A stretch of 64,000 nucleotides of DNA. Source: Spirochaetia bacterium (GTDB lineage Bacteria > Spirochaetota > Spirochaetia > CADAEX01). The notes under the pieces were generated by a model. The model had not been told where the DNA came from and searched no databases. It saw nothing but the letters and a program-made list of their open reading frames with translations. The DNA is taken from positions 64,001-128,000 of the forward strand of contig CAXXHA010000032.1 in NCBI GenBank assembly GCA_963662265.2. The letters run 5' to 3'. Below are positions 58,803 through 64,000 of this stretch, in pieces (position 1 is the stretch's first letter; the number at the start of each line of letters is the position of its first letter). A program made the translations under genes and the position numbers.

Positions 58803-61166
58803 TCAGCAGCCGAAATTCTGTTCAGTACGGTTGATAATCTCATCCTGAAGAGGTTTTTCAAGATTATTGAAATAATCGCTGTATCCTGCAACTCGGACAA
58901 TAAGATCTGAATACTGTTCAGGATTCTCCTGTGCCTTGAGCAGAATTTTCTTGTCAACAACATTGAACTGAATATGATGACCATCAAGTTTGAAATAAGA
59001 TCTTATCAGGGCAACTAGTTTGTCAATATTACTGTCCCCCTCAAGAACAGACGGAGAGAATTTCTGGTTGAGCAGGGTTCCTCCTGTTCTCAAATGGTCC
59101 ATTTTGGCAGCAGATTTCACTACAGCTGTAGGCCCGTTTCTGTCAGCATCTGTAGCAGGAGAAATACCTTCAGAAAGAGGCATACCGCTCTTCCTTCCGT
59201 CAGGTGTTGCACCGATTACTGAACCGAAATAAACATGGCATGTTGTAGGAAGCATGTTGATTCTGTACTGTCCACCATTCATTGTAGGTCTTCCGTCAAC
59301 AGAATCAAAATATGAATCAAAAATCATCTTCATCAGGTCATCAGCATAATCATCATCATTTCCATATTTGGGAGTCTTGTTCTTGAAGAGATTATGGATG
59401 GAAGGATCCTGAAAATCGTTATCAAGCGCTTCAAGAAGCTCTTTCATGGAAAGATTTTTTTCATCAAAGACATGTTTTTTTATGGAAGAAAAACTGTCAG
59501 TAATAGATCCTATACCTACTCCCTGAATATATCTCGTGTTATACCTGGCCCCGCCTGAATTATAATCTTTTCCCTCTTTAATACAGTCATCTATAATTAC
59601 AGAGAGAAAAGGTACCGGCATATAGTTGGAATAGATTTTCTCAATTGTATTATTGCCGTGAATCTTGATATTTATGAAATAATCCAGCTGCTTCTTGAAA
59701 GCATTGAAGAAATCATCAAATGACTGAAAATCTTCTGCTTTTCCTGTTTCAAGACCGAGTTTTTTACCAGTCATTTTATCAAGACCGTTGTAAAGAGTAA
59801 TTTCCATTATCTTGGTCAGGTTCATGTAGCCTGTAAGGATATATGATTCTTTACCGAATGCGCCTGTTTCAACACATCCGCTTGTTCCGCCGTCACGGGC
59901 ATCTTCAATTTTCTTTCCGGCTCTAACCATTTCAGAGACAACAGCATCAGCATTAAAAACTGAAGGCTGACCCCATCCCTCACGGATAACTTCGCATGCC
60001 CTTTTTACAAACTTGTTTGGATTCTTCTTGCTTACCTGTACATTTGAACTGGGCTGAAGAAGATGCATATCGCTTATAACATCAAGAACAAGGTAGGTAA
60101 CATCATTTACACCATCTTCCCCTTCTGCAGTAAGCCCGCCTGAATTGATATTGGCAAAATCTGTATATGTACCACTTTCCTTCAGAGTCACACCTACTTT
60201 TGGAGGTGCAGGCTGATTATTGAACTTGACCCAGAGGCATTCAAGGATTTCCCTTGCCTGATCCCTGTCGAGAGTTCCCTCTTCTGTTTCCTTTCTGTAA
60301 AAAGGATAGAGGTGCTGATCAAGCCTTCCGGGATTAAAGGAGTCCCAGTTATTCATTTCAGAAACAACAGCTATATGAACAAACCAGTACATCTGGACAG
60401 CCTGCTCAAATGTTTCAGGCGGATAAGCTGGTACTCTTCGGCAGTTGAGAGCTATTTTTTCAAGCTCACTCTTTCTGACCGGATCTTTTTCAGAAGCTGC
60501 CTTTTCCGCAGCATAATCAGCATAACGCCCGGCATACTTCATGATTGCATCACAGGTAACAGCCATTGCATCAAGCTGTTCCTTTTTTTCAAATGCTTTG
60601 GGATCATTCAGAAAATCAAGTTCTCCCGCAGCTTTTTCTATATCTTTTTTGAAATCAAGAAAACCTCTTTTATATATCTTACCATCAGCAACAGTATGGC
60701 CGGGGCCCCTCTGCTCCATGAATTCTGTGAAAATTCCTGCTGAATAACATTCTTTCCATTCATCAGTCATGGAAGAGAGTATTTTACCTCTCAAAGCCCT
60801 GTTTTCCCAGAAAGGAATTATTTCATTTTTCTGATACTCAAAAATTTCATCAGATACTTTATAGGAAATTTTCTTCCTTTTATTCATTATCTCGAAATCA
60901 TCCAGAGTATGACAGCATAATTCAGGATATGTGGAAGTGGCAGCAGGCCTCTCACCTCTTTCGCCGACTATAATTTCTCCATCATTAATACAGAGCTCCT
61001 TGTTTTCCATAATATTTTTAAAAACAAGAGCCCGCAGCATTGGGATTGATACTGTTCCTTCATATTTTTTATAAACTTCAGTAACAAGTTTAGCTCTCTC
61101 TATAGAAATACTCGGGACAGCGTTTAGACTCTGTTCTCTGAGCTTTATTACCCTTTCATTCATCAT
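58803..61166 (-). CDS. hypD: Glycyl radical enzyme trans-4-hydroxy-L-proline dehydratase
   Basis: 787 aa; EQRGPGH, WDSF, ESGTYTDF, SGCVE, LTGY, LPTTCH and RVAGY match HypD active-site motifs; adjacent proC. Confidence 0.88.
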   Translation of the reverse strand: MMNERVIKLREQSLNAVPSISIERAKLVTEVYKKYEGTVSIPMLRALVFKNIMENKELCINDGEIIVGERGERPAATSTYPELCCHTLDDFEIMNKRKKISYKVSDEIFEYQKNEIIPFWENRALRGKILSSMTDEWKECYSAGIFTEFMEQRGPGHTVADGKIYKRGFLDFKKDIEKAAGELDFLNDPKAFEKKEQLDAMAVTCDAIMKYAGRYADYAAEKAASEKDPVRKSELEKIALNCRRVPAYPPETFEQAVQMYWFVHIAVVSEMNNWDSFNPGRLDQHLYPFYRKETEEGTLDRDQAREILECLWVKFNNQPAPPKVGVTLKESGTYTDFANINSGGLTAEGEDGVNDVTYLVLDVISDMHLLQPSSNVQVSKKNPNKFVKRACEVIREGWGQPSVFNADAVVSEMVRAGKKIEDARDGGTSGCVETGAFGKESYILTGYMNLTKIMEITLYNGLDKMTGKKLGLETGKAEDFQSFDDFFNAFKKQLDYFINIKIHGNNTIEKIYSNYMPVPFLSVIIDDCIKEGKDYNSGGARYNTRYIQGVGIGSITDSFSSIKKHVFDEKNLSMKELLEALDNDFQDPSIHNLFKNKTPKYGNDDDYADDLMKMIFDSYFDSVDGRPTMNGGQYRINMLPTTCHVYFGSVIGATPDGRKSGMPLSEGISPATDADRNGPTAVVKSAAKMDHLRTGGTLLNQKFSPSVLEGDSNIDKLVALIRSYFKLDGHHIQFNVVDKKILLKAQENPEQYSDLIVRVAGYSDYFNNLEKPLQDEIINRTEQNFGC

Positions 61167-62068
61167 CAGCCTCCAATTTCAGCTTTTATACCTGCAGTAT
61201 CAAAAATATTTTTTATACGTTCCATACGTTTATCTGATGGCACGGTATTTTCAGACATCTGATACTTTTTTTCAATTCGGTTGTATTTTGACTCGGCAAA
61301 ATTATTATAAGGCAGCAGACTCACTTTAATGACTTTTACAGTTTTCAGGATTTCCACTGTTCTGTTCCAGTTTTCATCATATTCATTGAAACCGGGAATA
61401 ACAGGTATTCTTATAAAAATATCCTTCCCCATTTCGGAAAGCATTTTAAGATTCCTTATTATTACTTCATTTGAAACACCTGTAAAATCTCTGTGTATTT
61501 CATTATCAACTGCTTTAAGATCATATAAAAACAGATCAATATATTCTGCCAGATCTTTTATTATATTTTCAGAAACATAACCTGAAGTATCAACAGCTGT
61601 ATGTATTCCCTTTTCCCTGCATTTCACAAGTAATTCTTTTAGAAAATCATGCTGCATAAAGCATTCCCCGCCGGAAAAGGTTACCCCGCCGTTTGATTCT
61701 TCATAGAAAATACTGTCCTTGAGAATCTCTTTCATGACATCAGTCACAGACATTTCTTCCCCGCAGATTTCTCTGGCGCCATGAGGACAGAATAAAGCAC
61801 ATTTTCCGCATTTCAGACACTTGTTTCTGTCTGTTACAGGATATCCGTTTTCTATTGTGATTGCATTATTTACGCATTTTGACATGCAGACTCCGCATCC
61901 TGTACATCTGTTTTTCAGAAAAATCAAATCAGGCATAAGACTCTGGCTTTCTGGATTATGGCACCATAGACAGGACAAAGGACAGCCGTTAAAAAAAACT
62001 GTTGTTCTTATGCCAGGTCCATCATGAACTGAATATTTCTGAATATTCATAACAATACCTTTCTGCAT
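61166..62068 (-). CDS. Glycyl-radical activating enzyme for HypD (radical SAM with a 2x[4Fe-4S] ferredoxin insert)
   Basis: HDGPGIRT, GCPLSCLWCHNPES, CTGCGVC...C and CLKCGKC...C, GGVTFSGGE. Confidence 0.93.
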   Translation of the reverse strand: MQKGIVMNIQKYSVHDGPGIRTTVFFNGCPLSCLWCHNPESQSLMPDLIFLKNRCTGCGVCMSKCVNNAITIENGYPVTDRNKCLKCGKCALFCPHGAREICGEEMSVTDVMKEILKDSIFYEESNGGVTFSGGECFMQHDFLKELLVKCREKGIHTAVDTSGYVSENIIKDLAEYIDLFLYDLKAVDNEIHRDFTGVSNEVIIRNLKMLSEMGKDIFIRIPVIPGFNEYDENWNRTVEILKTVKVIKVSLLPYNNFAESKYNRIEKKYQMSENTVPSDKRMERIKNIFDTAGIKAEIGG

Positions 62069-62101
62069 AATCTCAACTCCTTCAGTTATTATAAACTATA
62101 T

Positions 62102-62126
62102 ATTACTGCTGCACAGCAGCAGTAAT
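62102..62126. other. Perfect 11-bp intergenic hairpin between the transporter and activase genes (mRNA stability or partial terminator)
   Basis: ATTACTGCTGC-ACA-GCAGCAGTAAT. Confidence 0.6.
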
Positions 62127-62136
62127 TTGATTTTAT

Positions 62137-63327
62137 CTAGAATATCATCATGAGAATATTTGCAATAATACCGGCAGTTACACCTGCAAGCAGCTGGATG
62201 TTTATTGCAAGACCGACAAATTTTTCACTTTTGAAGCTTTCCATCATTGCAACATGTGTGCAGAGGAATCCTGCAAAAGTAATACCAATCGCTGTGTATA
62301 CTGCAACATCTCTTGAAACAATAATTCCACTCTTTATAAACTCGGGGATAAGACCGAGAGAAGCACCTACACTTCCGAGAGCTGTTACAGGAAAAGCAAT
62401 AGCTTCAGGATTTGAAAAACCGAAAAGCGGTTTTAAAACAGGAGCTGCAAGCTTGCCGAGCCATGGAATAAGACCGATTCCCTCGTAGGGAAGACCCTGA
62501 TATCCAAGTGAAGGATCTGCAACACCTTTAGTGAGAAGCATTATGAATGTACAGATTACAAGAACAGCAGCAATCAGTGATATACCGAGTTCAACACCAT
62601 ACTGTCCACCTTTAACCCCTGCATCAAGAAATCTCATTGCAAAACTCTTTTTCTGCTCATTGGCAGCCTGATTTTCCTCAGCTTTTTTTTCATTTTCAAT
62701 ATCAGCTTCATCCATGAAATCTTCAGGATTTACAAAATCAGTTCCAAGAGCCTTCTTTGTTTTAATCATCATTACACGGATACCTACAGCGCATCCAAGG
62801 AATGCAGCAATATTACCTACAACAGCCTCTTTAACAAATCCCTGGCCGATAACAAATGTTGTAACAATAAGTCCCATACCAGCGGTTGTTCCGAGAATTG
62901 TAAGACACGGTACCTGATGTTTTCTGAAATAAGATGAGAATTTTCTGTCTTTCATAAGAGGACAGATAGCAGGATTATCAGAAATATAGCTTACAGTAGC
63001 ACCGAGAAAAGACGCCCCGGGTAAACCGTAAAGCGGTTTCATCATGGGTGAAAAAATCTTATCAAGTATTTTAAGAAATTCGAACTCACTGGCAACTCTT
63101 CCCATAGCCCCTGCAATTACAGCAACAGCAAGAATATAAAAAGATGTGCTCATAAGAAGATCATATGCTGTTTTCATCATGGTTGAAAACAAGTTTGCCA
63201 CACCCATTTTTGTTACAAGAGCAGCAAAAAAAGCAGCAACAATGACTGTAAAAATCACAAGACTTTTCATGTCATTAATTTTATTCCGGGAATCATTTTT
63301 AATCCCTGCAACATTTCCAGTTGTCAT
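62137..63327 (-). CDS. Multi-pass membrane protein resembling the clostridial CD0519/CD1768-type family; probable (hydroxy)proline transporter
   Basis: TMMKTAYDLL, PLYGLPGA, SDNPA, YEGIGLIPW, AIAFPVTALGSVGA, THVAMM. Start at ATG 63327 after GAAGGAG. Confidence 0.7.
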   Translation of the reverse strand: MTTGNVAGIKNDSRNKINDMKSLVIFTVIVAAFFAALVTKMGVANLFSTMMKTAYDLLMSTSFYILAVAVIAGAMGRVASEFEFLKILDKIFSPMMKPLYGLPGASFLGATVSYISDNPAICPLMKDRKFSSYFRKHQVPCLTILGTTAGMGLIVTTFVIGQGFVKEAVVGNIAAFLGCAVGIRVMMIKTKKALGTDFVNPEDFMDEADIENEKKAEENQAANEQKKSFAMRFLDAGVKGGQYGVELGISLIAAVLVICTFIMLLTKGVADPSLGYQGLPYEGIGLIPWLGKLAAPVLKPLFGFSNPEAIAFPVTALGSVGASLGLIPEFIKSGIIVSRDVAVYTAIGITFAGFLCTHVAMMESFKSEKFVGLAINIQLLAGVTAGIIANILMMIF

Positions 63328-63394
63328 AAAAAACTCCTTCAATTTAGATCCAGGTATACCTTTAGATATTTTTTTATTTATTTAAAGCACTTTT

Positions 63395-63450
63395 TTTATA
63401 TATTTAGATCAATTTTTTGTCAATATATTTAAATCAAAATTTTGTTCTAT
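63395..63450 (-). promoter_or_regulatory. Promoter of the hydroxyproline operon with overlapping repeated operator-like sites
   Basis: TTGACA(63418-63423)-17-TATAAA; 23-bp repeats at 63398-63420 and 63423-63445 (20/23 identical). Confidence 0.55.
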
Positions 63451-63472
63451 TTCGTTATTTTTTTACGCAAAA

Positions 63473-63502
63473 AAAAGGAAAGCCTGATAATGCTTTCCTT
63501 TT
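63473..63502 (-). terminator. Intrinsic terminator after the regulator gene
   Basis: AAAAGGAAAGC-CTGATAAT-GCTTTCCTTTT. Confidence 0.7.
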
Positions 63503-63533
63503 CATTTTCACGATTCAATGACTGAATAAGGTA

Positions 63534-64000
63534 TTATTCTTTTGTATATCTTGATTTAACTTCACGAAGATAGGAATATATTGTGTATTTGGTATTTCCC
63601 AGGATATCTGCAAGATATTCTACAGATCCCTTGAGCTGGAAATAACCTTTTTTATCAAGACTGCTGATTATATACATTTTTTCATTTTTCTTTGTTTTAT
63701 CCAGAGGCTTACCGATTTTCTTCTTTACCTCTTCCAGATATTTATTGATCAGATCATCTGCAAAACCTTCGGTTTCTGTAGCAGAGGCATTGTTTTTTGA
63801 ATAAAAATCATATGAACGGGTCTGAATCATGTCTTTAATAAAGCTTTCTGCAATTTCAGCTCGTGTCATATCATAGTTAATACATAAAAAACCTACAATT
63901 TTTCCTTTATCATCTTTTATACATACAGCACTTGCATTGAGTCTTTTACCGTTTTTAGCAATTTCAAAATAATTCGGAACATAGTCAGCATCCTGCAGCG
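63534..64000 (-). CDS. YheO/DauR-like PAS+HTH transcriptional regulator (5'-truncated by the window)
   Basis: Frame open to the window edge: NYFEIAKNGKRLNASAVYIKDDKGKIVGFLCINYD (YheO PAS) and LDKKGYFQLKGSVEYLADILGNTKYTIYSYL (HTH). Confidence 0.85.
   Translation of the reverse strand, partial: LQDADYVPNYFEIAKNGKRLNASAVCIKDDKGKIVGFLCINYDMTRAEIAESFIKDMIQTRSYDFYSKNNASATETEGFADDLINKYLEEVKKKIGKPLDKTKKNEKMYIISSLDKKGYFQLKGSVEYLADILGNTKYTIYSYLREVKSRYTKE

Noticed and set aside
58803-61166. Glycyl radical enzyme as pyruvate formate-lyase or choline TMA-lyase
   Set aside because: It has a single Cys in SGCVE (no PFL Cys-Cys), HypD-type motifs and an adjacent proC, and there are no microcompartment genes.

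Overview
A 64-kb, AT-rich chromosomal window from an anaerobic member of the Spirochaetota. The assignment rests on the 16S 5' motif GCGGCGCGTTTTAAGCATGC and on tRNA-Ala and tRNA-Ile being split between two rrn spacers. Left third: the 3' end of an Ig-like surface protein, then two near-identical, co-oriented minus-strand rRNA operons that enclose an orphan TRAP transporter and a 14x13-bp tandem array. Middle: housekeeping and metabolic genes, namely pgsA, an M32 carboxypeptidase, thrS under a Thr(ACC) T-box, a long-type GAPDH, GntR+TauE, two paralogous APC permease-PTS EIIA fusions, leuB, an ABC exporter pair, ltaE, iolCBJ and an SsuABC-like ABC importer. An NrdR-controlled class III ribonucleotide reductase follows, with its glycyl-radical loop on a separate ORF fused to a CPNC thioredoxin-like domain. 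Next come a multiply frameshifted ~653-codon gene, ispH, an archaeal-type ACT/DUF5612 gene and a 3.9x77-bp structured repeat. Right end: a hydroxyproline operon (PAS-HTH regulator, transporter, activase, HypD, ProC) extended by a fused Fe-S serine-dehydratase-like enzyme and an OCD/mu-crystallin protein. Best candidates for undescribed biology: (1) the SDH-like + OCD-like pair may be a parallel 3-hydroxyproline-to-proline branch, and (2) the split NrdD/glycyl-radical-thioredoxin subunit. No CRISPR array, transposase, integrase or prophage genes were seen. All family calls are motif recognition by eye, not database searches.
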